Assembly: GCA_026025795.1 (NCBI GenBank)
Contig: JAPEUG010000054.1
Coordinates: 44,947-64,946, forward strand
Origin: Thelocarpon superellum
Taxonomy: Eukaryota
Direction of reading: 5' to 3'
DNA: 20,000 nt
Shown here: positions 1 to 10,403 of the stretch, one piece after another
How the letters are laid out: each line of letters begins with the position of its first letter
How positions within the stretch are numbered: the first letter of the stretch is position 1
The notes under the pieces: generated by a model
Database searches by the model: none
What the model saw: only the letters and a program-made list of their open reading frames with translations
Told to the model about the DNA's origin: nothing
Translations under genes and position numbers: made by a program

Positions 1-635
1 GGTCGGGCGGTACGTCCGTCGCCCTCGAGGGGATTTTCGACGCTGACGCGCGCGTCGACCGGGGACCCCCGGTCGCCGAACTCGCACCGCGGGCACCATC
101 TTGGCCGCACCACGAGCGACCAACCTTAGCTATCCGAAGAATCCTCTCCAACATCCCTTCCCCGTCCCCCAGTCCCGACGGAGGCGAAAAGGCTGTTCCG
201 GTTCAGGGCACAACCATGTTGCGTTTGCTGCCTGCTTCCGGCATGGTGGCACAGCACCGTCTGCCTTAGCGGATCTACACGTGGGGCGTCCCTATAGCAT
301 CGCAGTCCATGCGGCGGGTCGAGGCCCACGTCCATTGCTGTGGGCCGTGACCCCTCCGCCCTTCGGCATTGGTCTGATCTCATGCGCAAGATGGACGTTG
401 TATATAGTTCCGTCAGCTCAATTGTTCTGGTCAAAGGACAGCACCATGTCGCGAGAGCATCGCGGCGTGTTACTCCCTCTGTCATTCACTTCATGGGTGC
501 CGGAGTCCTACGTCCTGTGGCCTTAGTCCCCGGGATCAGATCTCCCATGTCGTCCACCTCGTCCCTCTTGGCCTCCTTGTGCTGTGCGAGCTTCCCATCC
601 TCTGTGCCTTCGTTGTCCGGAGCTATTCCCTCACT

Positions 636-671
636 CTCGCCATCGCCCTCGCCCTCGCCCTCGCCCTCGCC
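636..671 (+). repeat. (CTCGCC)x6 microsatellite, one ATCGCC variant, just upstream of the NOS start
   Basis: Read directly: ctcgcc atcgcc ctcgcc ctcgcc ctcgcc ctcgcc. Confidence 0.9.
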
Positions 672-698
672 ATCGTCTCTACCACGCCTGTGCCTACG

Positions 699-3600
699 AT
701 GCCGCATCCGCACGCGCAGCTGACAACGAGCAACATGCCCGGCCTGACCCACCTGAGTACCACCACGAAATGCCCAGCGTTGACCCCCGAGTTACAACGC
801 ATCCAGGACAGTCACGCCGTCCTTGCCTCCACCGGTTGCTCCGCGAAATTCTGTCAAGCGGGTCGTGCGGTCCACACAGATGAACCCCGCGTCGGCGAAA
901 ACCGTACCCTAGCCGCCGTGCTGCAGGAAGCCGAAGAGTTTCTACGCGACCTCCACCGTGACGGTGTTTTACCTTCCGACGACGCCCTGACCGCGCGTCT
1001 CCAACATGTCCGCGAGGAGATATGCCTGGGTGCCATCGACGGCCTCAGTCGACAGGATCAAGTACAATGCGAGCTGGGCGGAAACTGGACGCAAACTCCC
1101 CAAGAACTCGAGTTTGGTCTCCGTCGCGCCTGGCGGAATGCGAGGAAGTGCATCATGCGGTCCCACACAGAAGAGCTCAAGTGAGTTGCCTCGCGTCGGC
1201 GATCGTGTCCCTACCCGCATTGGCCACCGATGAGGGCGCCAGGCTGATTGCATCTCTAGGCTCTGCGACTTGCGTCACGTCAACACCAGCGCTGGCATGG
1301 CCCGGGCGTTGATCGACGGCATGGTACAGGCCTTCAATGGCGGCACCATTCAGCCCACCGGTGCGTCGGCCCTTTCAGCTCTGCATCCGGTGGGGGACAA
1401 GCGGATGATGGCTGACCTTGTCCGCTAGTTTTTGTCTTTCCGCCCCGCACCCCCAATAGCCGTGGACCTATGATCTGGAACCATCAGATCCTCGCCTTCG
1501 CCGGGGTAAGGGCCTACGTCGCTCGTGCAACCCCATATCAGAGTGCCGCTAACAGGGGTGATGCAGTATCAAACCGACGACGGCTCAGTGCTTGGTGATC
1601 CGAAGAATGTTGAGCTGACCAACTCCTTCATCGAGCTCGGCTGGCTGCCCCCGAAAAGCCGCAGCCGCTGGGACCTCTTGCCTCTCGTTACCATGGCTGA
1701 AGGGGATCTCCCCGTCATCGCCGAGCTACCTGCGAGTCTCCGCACGCTGGTCCCCATCCGCCACCCTCATTATGGCACCGCCTTCGAGGAGCTGGACCTG
1801 AAGTGGGTGCCGTTTCCGGCCTTGACCCGACTCGGCTTCGATATTGGCGGCGTGCAATACACTGCCGCTCCATTCGTCGGCTGGTATGCTTCCCTCGTCA
1901 CATCTCCGCCCTGGACTGACTGAGTGCCCCGTACAGGTTCATGGACGCCGAAATCGGAGTGCGTAACCTGGGCGACACGAGTCGCTATAACGTCTTACCA
2001 GATGTTGTCCGCGTCTTGGGCCTGACGGACGGGAAGCTCGAAGGTGGCGTCGAGGGCTTCGACGATCTGCCCGAGTATGAGCGACTCATGATGCTGTCAC
2101 GGGCCCAAGCCGAGCTCAACTACGCCGTGCATTGGTCCTTTCTCCGCGCCGGCGTGAGCATGTCGGACTCGATGACAGCCTCGACCAAGTGGATTCGCTA
2201 CGACGACGCCTTCCAAAAGAAGCACGGCTATCGACTGCCGTCAGATCCATACTGGCTCGCCCCCCCGCAGGGTTCGATCATCCCACTTTGGCACCGCGGC
2301 GCCGCGCCGAACTACCAGCCCAAACCTTTGATCGCGCGGCACGTCGAGGACCCGATCAAGGCGTGGGGACGCGAGAAGGACGCCTGGTCCGTCTTCACCA
2401 CACCCTGTCGCACGCTCCCGACGCGGCCGGAAGCGGGCGACGCCACGAACCGCATGAACGGTCGCCAGTCGGCGTCGACCGGCTTGAATGTGCGTGCGAC
2501 GGGCCGGTCCAGTGTTCCGACTCGGGTCGTTCCGCGACTGCAGATTGGGGTGGAGCGTCATATTACTCGCTCACAGCCGAAGCCGAAGACCAAGATCGTG
2601 GTCCGCTTCTGCAGTGAGGGCACTATGGCGGAGAATCTTGCGGGCAAGCTACATGGTCGCGTCCAAGAAATGATCAAGGCATCGGATCATGTGGACCTCT
2701 GTCCTCGCGTCGAGCCGCTCGACAATGTCGGCGCATCAGATCTCACGGCGGACAAGATCTTCCTCCTGGTGATCAGCTCCACTGGGCAAGGTGCCATACC
2801 CGCCAATGGATTGGCTTTTGCAGCGCTTTGCGGAACTCTTGCGTCAAAAGCCGTCTCGGACGGTAGCGAGTCCTTCCGATTCGACATCTTCGGCAACGGC
2901 GATAGCCGATACTCCACGACCTATAACGGTGGAGCCAGCAAGATGGCCGCTCATCTCCGGTCCGTTGGAGGTGTGGCGCTGGCCGGTGGCCTCTTTGAAG
3001 GCGACACGGCGGCCCAGGGACTCCCCTTATCGGCACTGAACGCGTGGTGGGACACGCTCAAATCCAGCCTGATGGACGTCGTGGGCAAAGGACTCCAAAC
3101 GCCGAGCTCGAGCGGGAGCGCGAGTAGCAGTATGGGGAGCGGAACGGAGGGGGTCCTGAGCGATAGCGACACCTCCATGCTGAGCTCCCGATCGTCGGTC
3201 ACGTCCTTGGACCGCTTCTTCCTCCGTGGACCGGAGCTCCTGTCGCACTTTCGCGACGCCGTCTTGGTCAAGACTTATCCCGCCGTGCCGCTCCGAGAGC
3301 AGGGATCGGTGCGGGTAACTCTGGACATTGGGCTGGAGTCCTACAAAGAGATGAGCTGCATTCAGATACTGCCGGTGACGTCCCCGGCAAAGGTGATGCG
3401 CGCCCTTGATGCGCTGTGTGTCAAGCCTTGGACGCCGGTGGAGCTTGGCTTGGACGCGGCCAAGAATCCATCCTATGCTAGATTCTTGAGGGAATACGTG
3501 GATCTCGAGCAGCCGTTTGTGGGGATGAAGTGGTGGGACCAGCTCGACGTGAACGCGCGCAAGCGTCTGGATCGGCAGACACTACGCGCACGACCGGTGC

Positions 3601-4406
3601 TGGAGGTGCTCGAACATCTCCAGGCACAGGACGTGCTCACCTACGCGCGATTCGATGACGAGTTCCAGCGGGGGCTATGTCTAGATATGGCGGTCCTCCA
3701 CCCACGCACCTACTCGGTCGCATCGTCGCTCCGGTTCCTCTGCGCGAATGGGACACACGGCTCCAGCAACAAGGTCGATGTGGTGGTCAAGGTACATCCG
3801 CAGGGACGATTCAGCAGCGTCTTCCTAAACGAGGCGTCGACTGGTGCATGTCTCCGATATCGCTTCGTCGATGGACATTCTGGTGACCGACTTCGACAAG
3901 ACACGTCGGCGGCGCTCATCATCGTGGCGACAGGTGCCGGGTTTGGCCCGGTGCGGTGCCTGCTCCAACAACGCATCGCCGTGACACGGGAGCACTTGGC
4001 AGCGGGTGGTTCCCTCCCTTCGCGCAAGTCGGCCATCTCGCTCTTTCTCGGCCTGCGACGCTCCGACGTGGCCATGACGATCCCCGTGGTGCGCGAAGCG
4101 TCGTCGTTGAACCTCATCGACATGCTTTCCATCGTGCCGAGCAACGAGAACAAGACCCGCGTGCACGACAAGGTGATGTCGGAGAAGTTTGCGTCACACG
4201 TGCGACGAAAGTTGTTCGATGGCCTGACGATGGTGTACGTCTGCACGAACCTGGACGCGGCCAAGGCGATCGCAGCCGCATTTGATGTCTTGGTCGGCGG
4301 CAACGAGAAAGGCATGACAACGCCGTCGACGGCAGGCACCACTACGAAGAAGATGAACAAGACGAAGATGATGTTGGGTGAACGATACATTGAGGAGGTC
4401 TTCTAG
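699..4406 (+). CDS. NOS: Nitric oxide synthase-like protein (oxygenase + flavodoxin + FAD/NADPH reductase), ~1148 aa. Exons 699-1180, 1260-1360, 1429-1505, 1567-1883, 1937-4406; alternative start ATG at 735
   Basis: Four GT-AG introns with branch sites join the frames (3447 nt CDS). Oxygenase motifs: CSAKFC (Cx4C), AWRNARKCIMR (heme-thiolate; NOS AWRNxxRCxGR), IWNHQILAFAGY, GDPKN, PFVGWFMDAEIGVRN (NOS GWYMxxEIG), DPYWLAPP. Reductase motifs: SSTGQG and FGNGDSRY (FMN), RTYSVASS (FAD), ATGAGFGP (NADPH), C-terminal RYIEEVF. Confidence 0.92.
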
Positions 4407-4470
4407 GCGTTTTCTATGACCAGGGTATTTCCCGAGCGACTCCAGGAAATCCTCATCTGGGGACGGAGCA

Positions 4471-4590
4471 GAAACGGAACGGAACGGAACGGAACGGAAC
4501 GGAATGGAAAGGAAGAACATGAAGGAAGGAAGCAAAGGAGGAAAGGAGGAAAGGAGGAAAAGGAGGAACGGGATGGGAGAAAGGAGACGA
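4471..4590 (+). repeat. (GGAAC)x5 microsatellite followed by a purine-rich GGAA/GAG low-complexity tract downstream of the NOS stop
   Basis: ggaac x5 at 4476-4500, then ggaat ggaaa ggaag and an almost purine-only tract. Confidence 0.9.
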
Positions 4591-5189
4591 CAGCAGCATA
4601 TGACCCCGAGGAGACAAAAGTGCCCTTGCATTTGCATTCTGCATTCCGATGGTGCATGGGAGTGTACGACATGATAGCGTGCGATAAAGAGGAGAGGACA
4701 GAAAAGGAGGTGATCGAGCAGGATCGTGCAATCAATCGCTTGATTCACGGTCACTTACGCTGATTACGATCAATTACTCGGACTTGCATTGAGTGAGGAA
4801 CTGATGAAGGCAATAATTGATGTTTACTTGCCACATGAGCTGATAGGCTGACACTGCCGATGCAGGCCGTGACGCGTGTTCCGCCTTCACAGGGGGACGC
4901 TGGAGGGTGCACCAACGGAGGATTGTTTCAGGGCCACCATTGACGCGCAATGGATCCAGTACTCATGTAAGGACCGGCGTAGCGTGGATGTTTCGTAGGT
5001 GTGACGCGGGCATATGGTGATGCATAACAACCAATATTCTCATGCCATATACCATGCTACTCCGCATCCTGCACGAGAGATGGGCATCCGATTTTTCTCT
5101 TTGAATCGTCTTGTCCATGCTGGGGGCGGCTTTCTAAGATTGTATGCTGGGATATCTAACCCAGCTCCCTAAAGGTTGAGACGAGTCCG

Positions 5190-6202
5190 CTAGGATGTTC
5201 CAAGCGCCGCCATGCGCTGGAAGCAGTTGGCATAAGCCACGTGCACCTCGGGCACCTCGAAGTGATACTCCTTCAACTTCGTCACTAGCTTGGTGGTGTC
5301 GAGCTCGCAATTGCTGCGGCCAGCCTTGAGGATCTTGCTCTGTTCCTCGAGTGAGAAGTTCTTCCACGTGAAGCTCGGTCGGACGTATTGCTTGAAAAGC
5401 GCCAGCACCTCGTTGTGCGAGATGGCGCCCGGGTTGGTGAAGTTGTACACCCCGATCTCCTTGTGCTCGGCCATCAAGATCGAGGCCGGGAGCAGGTCGT
5501 GCAGGATCGTGTTGGAGTTGGGCACGTCCACCACGCGTTCGTACTTGGCGATCTTTGTCACAAACGAGCGCGGGTGGAGGTCGTCCGATACCGGCATGCG
5601 CAGCCTCAGGATGAGACAGTTCGAATACGTCTGCATGATCTGTTTTGCGTGTCAGGCTCGATGCTCCTGGCTGGCCACGGGCCGATGACCCCTACCTCTT
5701 CCACCTTGGATTTGGTGGCGGAGTAGTACGAGCCGGCGAAATTGGCCGGGTCCGTTTCCACGTAGCCCGGCCCTCCGATCGGATGCTTGTCGTCATAGGC
5801 ATAGATGCCTGCCAGGTTCCTGTCAGCAATCGAGATGGACGTCCACGGACGGATGGGATGGCTTCTCGACTGACAGCCCGTTGCAAAGACGGTGATGTGG
5901 ATATTCTTCAGAAAACAGCAGTCCGTCAGGTTCAGCGTGCCAATGACATTGCTCCGAACCGTGGCCTCCTTGTTGTCCTCGCACCAGTCGACATTGGGCC
6001 GGCCGGTGCAGCCAGCACAGTTGAGCACATGCGTGGGCTTCACTCGCTCGAGCTCGGCCAAGACCGACTCGCGGTTCTCCATCCGCACGGTCGTCGAGTG
6101 CACCGTCTCGCCTTGTTTGGTCAAGAGCTCCTTGAGGTGGCCAGCCACCCACCCTGCACCACCCCAAATCAGGAAGATATTGCCTTTGGACGAATCGACC
6201 AT
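5190..6202 (-). CDS. NRS/ER: NDP-4-keto-6-deoxy-glucose 3,5-epimerase/4-reductase (nucleotide-rhamnose synthase, NRS/ER; RmlD-like fold), ~296 aa. Exons 6202-5875, 5808-5696, 5639-5190
   Basis: GGAGWVAG Rossmann motif, TGRPNVDWCE, ATGCIY, YSATK (YxxxK), LRLRMP, NFTNPGAISHNE and RSNCELD all match plant/fungal NRS/ER. Introns 5874-5809 and 5695-5640 give an 891-nt CDS. Confidence 0.93.
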
Positions 6203-6721
6203 GGTGACAGCACTTCTGCGGAAATGCCCAAAAGGAGGAGACGAAAAATCGGTCGGCGGACTCGACTCTGGTGCAGGAGAGTCGTGGCAGCCCCCCCGCT
6301 ACCGAGCGGGACAGCGTCGTCAGGCGAACGAGAACCCCACGCCGGTACCCCTAACGACCCGTACCCGTGCCTGAAAGCATGGGTGAAGGCCGCCCCACGC
6401 CAGCGACCGACGCCGGACGCAGCACAGGCGCCAAGCCAAGGCTAATAATAATAATGGCATGGGGTGCTCGCCTTCTCACCCCCGGGCTCTCACACCTCTG
6501 AAACCAGCAGCATGGCGACCGTGTTCGTACTCGTGCTACAGGCCCACGCTCCCTACACCGGTGAGTGGATCGCATGAAATCGTCACGTATCTCTTCGCCG
6601 TTGGAAAGGCGTCCGCACTCGAGCCAGTCGTCGACATTGTCACGCCTCACTCCTCCATACCCATGTGGCGAGCGCACACTGGCACAGCGACGCGGGTGCT
6701 ACACTCGAAAGGGGCCCAACT
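6203..6721. promoter_or_regulatory. Putative bidirectional promoter between NRS/ER and DUF5672-like paralog A
   Basis: 519-bp interval between head-to-head start codons. No specific binding site identified. Confidence 0.5.
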
Positions 6722-7852
6722 ATGAGCGGGCTGCCCACGACCCACGAGTCTTCATGGCGCCAGTCCTTTCAGTCGACCCTGGCGCTGGCGTCCATGGGGA
6801 TGAAGAAACCCCGCTTCTACATCGCCGCCACCGTCGGTGCGCTGCTGCTCCTCTTGTTGTATGTCGCAGCCAGGCCAGGCCCATGTCCCGCGTCTGCCGC
6901 GAGCAGCCACTGACCGCAAAGCAGTTGGACCATACACACGTCCGACACCTCTCTGGCCGAACTCGAAGTGCCATCGGTGACGCTGGACTTTCATTCGTCG
7001 CCCTTCAATAGCAGCAGGCTGGCGCTGCTGGTGGAGAACCGGAAGATGCCCAATCTGGTGCCGCTGATGCTGCACATGATGTCGGTCGTGCCGCCAGAAT
7101 GGCGGTTCAACTTCATGGGCTCGGAGGAGTCGGTGGCACAAATGAACGGCTCGGCCGCCATCCGACGGCACGTGAGCAGCGGCAAGCTCGACCTGACCCT
7201 CGTGCCATCCAACATGAGCGTCGCGAGTGCAGAGGAGATCAGCCAGTTCTTCACCACGCTGTGGCTGTACGACACGGTGCTGGCGCCGGCCGAGCACCTC
7301 TTTGTCTTCCAGACCGACAGTGAGTGCGACCTCTCCTCCGCTCGTCCGGCCGCGAGGCAGACGCTGATCCACAATGCACCAGGTATCCTCTGCGCCAACA
7401 GCGAGCAGAGCCTGAACGACTGGATCGATTACGACTGGATCGGGGCGCCATGGATGCCAGAAGACCGATGGGGCGGCAACGGCGGCCTCTCCCTGCGACG
7501 AGTGAGCGCGATCAAGGAGATTCTGCAGCACCAAGAACGGCGAGTCGACTCGCAGGCCGAGGACGGCTGGCTCAGCGACCGACTTGCGGCGCGACCCGGC
7601 GCGCGCGTTGCCAACGCGAGCGAATCCGGCCGCTTCTCCAGCGAAACGCTCTTCAGCGAGCGACCGATGGCCTACCACATTGGCGGCTCGGGCACGATGA
7701 TGCCCGCCGCCTTGCACCCCAAGAAGAACCGGCAGCAGATCTACGAGTACTGTCCCGAGTTCAAGCTGATCTTGGAGGTCATGGATGTCGATGGCCGCAT
7801 CCCCGAGGGATGCGCCCTGGGAGACACGCATTTTGATGACGGATCGTATTAG
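6722..7852 (+). CDS. Type II membrane DUF5672-like protein A (putative glycosyltransferase), ~333 aa. Exons 6722-6858, 6925-7319, 7383-7852
   Basis: Basic KKPR followed by a hydrophobic anchor (FYIAATVGALLLLLFW). Motifs FQTDSILCANS, YDWIGAPW, GGNGGLSLRR, EDGW, PMAYH and YCPE, which I recognise as typical of DUF5672. Introns GTATGT..CAG and GTGAGT..CAG; 1002-nt CDS. Confidence 0.85.
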
Positions 7853-8149
7853 GAGCATTGGCTTAGCTTGGCTTGGTTGAGGGTGGCCGAACTTCGCGTT
7901 CTGTATGAGTGCTGTACTGAGCTGTTTGATATCTGGGTAGATGGGTAGTTGGGTATTCTAGTGGTAGCAATACGTTTGGGGTTGATCACATCGACTCCGT
8001 CTTGGCTATGGTCCGATCGTGCCCAGGCAACCCGTGCTTCCATTTCCATTCGCATCTACTCTATCCATGCATCCTAAAGAATACGCCTGGGTCCAATCCC
8101 TGCATTCGACGGCTCGTTGGTGGGCCGGGACTACCAGCGAACCCCCATA

Positions 8150-9621
8150 TCACTTTTTGGTATTCATCATGATGTGGGAGTAGCTGTTACGCTCGTCAGC
8201 TGTGCCTGCCAATGGGACGAGATGGAGAGCGGAGCGAGGCCGCGGGTGACGTACGAGATCATCCCGCCTAGCGCGAGTAAAATGCCGAAGATGCCCTTGT
8301 CGTTCACCGCCCGCCCGCTCGCGATCCAGCCCAGCGCCACGATGGAACATGTCTTGAGGTGGCCCACGACCGTGCTGCTGACCGGGCCGGCGCCGGAGAT
8401 GATGAAGAATTGCGAGATGTTGATGAGACATGCACAGAGCCCGCTCTGCCCTGGATGTCAGTCGTGGGTCAAGAGCAAGACGGAGGTTGTCCCGCACGTA
8501 CCATGAGCACCAGAATGCATCGACCGAGCGTCAGGTCCGACCAAGTCGGGAGCGTGTCGGTGAAGGGAATGACGTAGAGAAGGAGACAGCCTCCAACGGG
8601 CATCAGGTTGAAGAGGAGCTGCATGCTGGCTAGCTGAAGTCGCTTCAGGTATGACGCCACCCAGACCGTGTACACGGAACTGGCCAGCACGCCGGCAAAG
8701 GCAAAGAAGACGCCTGTCGGCGAGGTCGGCTTGGCCTTGAGGTTCGGATTCCCACGAGAGTCGTAGTATGTCACCATGGCCACCCCGAGGCATGCCGGCA
8801 CAAGGGCGAGCGCGGCGGCCCGGGAGATCTTGGTGCCGTAGAGGACAAAGTTGATGATGACGACCGTGGGCGTCAGGAGGATCCGCGAGATCTGGTAGAA
8901 GGTGACGGACGAGAAAGCGAGCGAGGTGTTGGGCAGGATGACATTGAGCGCCAGCGCCAGCGCCAGCGGGGCCATGGCCCTGATGGGCACGCGTTGTGGC
9001 ACAAAGAGGCCAAACTTGGGCCGTGACACGACATAGAGCGCGGCACCGGAAAGGAAGAAATGATACGCGGCAAAGCTGGTCTGCGCGTGCCGGAAGGCCT
9101 CCAGGTCGAAGATGTGCTTGTTGATGAAAACCTGGGCCTACGTGTAAGTCCCCCTCTCGATCCAAGACGCCACACGCCGCCGGGGTTAGGGGACGTACGA
9201 TGCCAATGGTCGCCAGCGTGTTCACCGTCATCCACAAGGCCAGTCGTCCTCTGGACTGACCGTCGCCTCGATCCTGCACCTTCTCCTCGCTGACGGGTTC
9301 GTCGCGGTCCAGGGACTGAGCCAGGGCATCGTCGACGCTTTCGCCACCCTCGCTCACCGAACTCAAGGAGCTCACGTCGCTGAAATGCAGCACCTCCTCT
9401 TTGGACTCGACGTTGCCCACTTGGACCACGAACGGCTCATCCTCGTGGGTTGGGGGAGATTGAGGCATGTTTGGTGATGAGGAGGAGGAAGCGGCATCCG
9501 CAGTCGCGTCAAGTATGCCTTTGCTCTCGTCCTGGGCCAGCTGTGGCTGGAGGCTGCGAGGTGCGGACCATGGCTTCTGCTTCACACGGCCGCTCCACAG
9601 CGTACCGACAAGTTCTGGCAT
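8150..9621 (-). CDS. Nucleotide-sugar transporter, TPT/SLC35 (DMT) family, similar to SLC35E3 and plant URGT/UXT transporters, ~425 aa. Exons 9621-9199, 9131-8502, 8445-8255, 8183-8150
   Basis: IGIVFINK, NTSLAFSSVTFYQISRILLTP, GPVSSTVVGHLKTC and multiple hydrophobic segments. Three GTACGT..CAG introns give a 1278-nt CDS. Confidence 0.9.
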
Positions 9622-10403
9622 GATGAACAACGGACATGCGGCCAGGAGCAGTGTACAGGACCGGCCCTGTCGAGACGTGAAGGGTGCCAGCGTCTGGAGA
9701 GGTGCGACGAGCCATAGGCGAGACCTACCGCTGCTATTGGGGACCTCCCTACGGGAGTGGTCGACGAGTCCTGCTGGAATTACAAAGGAGCTCGTTAGGC
9801 GCACTCGTACCGGCCGTGCATGGTGCCTGAACGCCCGAGGCGCCGCACACGGCTGCATGACACGCCACTACCGTTACTTTCCGCGCCACTGGGACGACTG
9901 GCGTTCGCAGGGTTCAGTGGCCACGGCTCGTGCGCCCGGTGGTGGCACTGACCCGCCCCAGGCCTTGTCCCACGGTGTCATCCCATCCCGGCCGACGGTG
10001 GCCGTTTTCGAACCTAACCGTGCCTGTTTCGCCGTCTGCTGCGCCTCCATGCACTGGCCAGCACGTCGCGTCCGGTCATTGCTGCCACCTCACCATCATC
10101 CGCATTGACAGGATCAATCGCTGGAGCTCGGCTGGTTGCGGAGGCTCACCGTCTGGAGATCACCTTCGACGGGACCCGCGTCACGACGCTATTGAATCCG
10201 ACTGTAGCCGTCAGGGCTTTGCACGCATGAAACGAGAGACTTGGACATTCCTTCCAGCCTTCCAGGTGGTCTCTTGAGTCCGGCTGTTGCAAAAAGGATT
10301 TTGGGTGCCATCCTGGGGATCGTCGTGCCCTATCGGTACACTTCTCCTATTCATCGGTCTGCGCTGCCACTGAGCGGTCGTTGAATCCTCGTCGTTGGAC
10401 ATC
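9622..10403. promoter_or_regulatory. Putative bidirectional promoter between the transporter and the 4,6-dehydratase
   Basis: ~780-bp interval between head-to-head genes. No specific binding site identified. Confidence 0.45.

Noticed and set aside
101..752. Several overlapping ORFs upstream of NOS, including a minus-strand GEGEGE ORF
   Set aside because: No recognisable motifs. The low-complexity peptides derive from the CTCGCC repeat, and such ORFs are expected by chance in GC-rich DNA.
1181..1936. Apparent frameshifts or pseudogenisation of the NOS oxygenase domain
   Set aside because: Every break coincides with a canonical intron that restores the frame and the conserved motifs.
4194..4763. 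ORFs on both strands across the NOS 3' region
   Set aside because: They are translations of the GGAAC and purine-rich microsatellite, with no protein-like features.
6752..7858. 368-aa antisense ORF over DUF5672-A, and similar antisense ORFs over other genes
   Set aside because: Shadow ORFs produced by the GC-rich codon bias of the sense gene.
8458..9858. 466-aa minus-strand ORF read as a single protein
   Set aside because: Only 9621-9199 is real exon. The ORF then reads through an intron into the wrong frame of the transporter.
6575..10190. GTCACG-like hexamers in both divergent intergenic regions as a shared regulatory motif
   Set aside because: Too short and too common in GC-rich sequence to support without comparative data.
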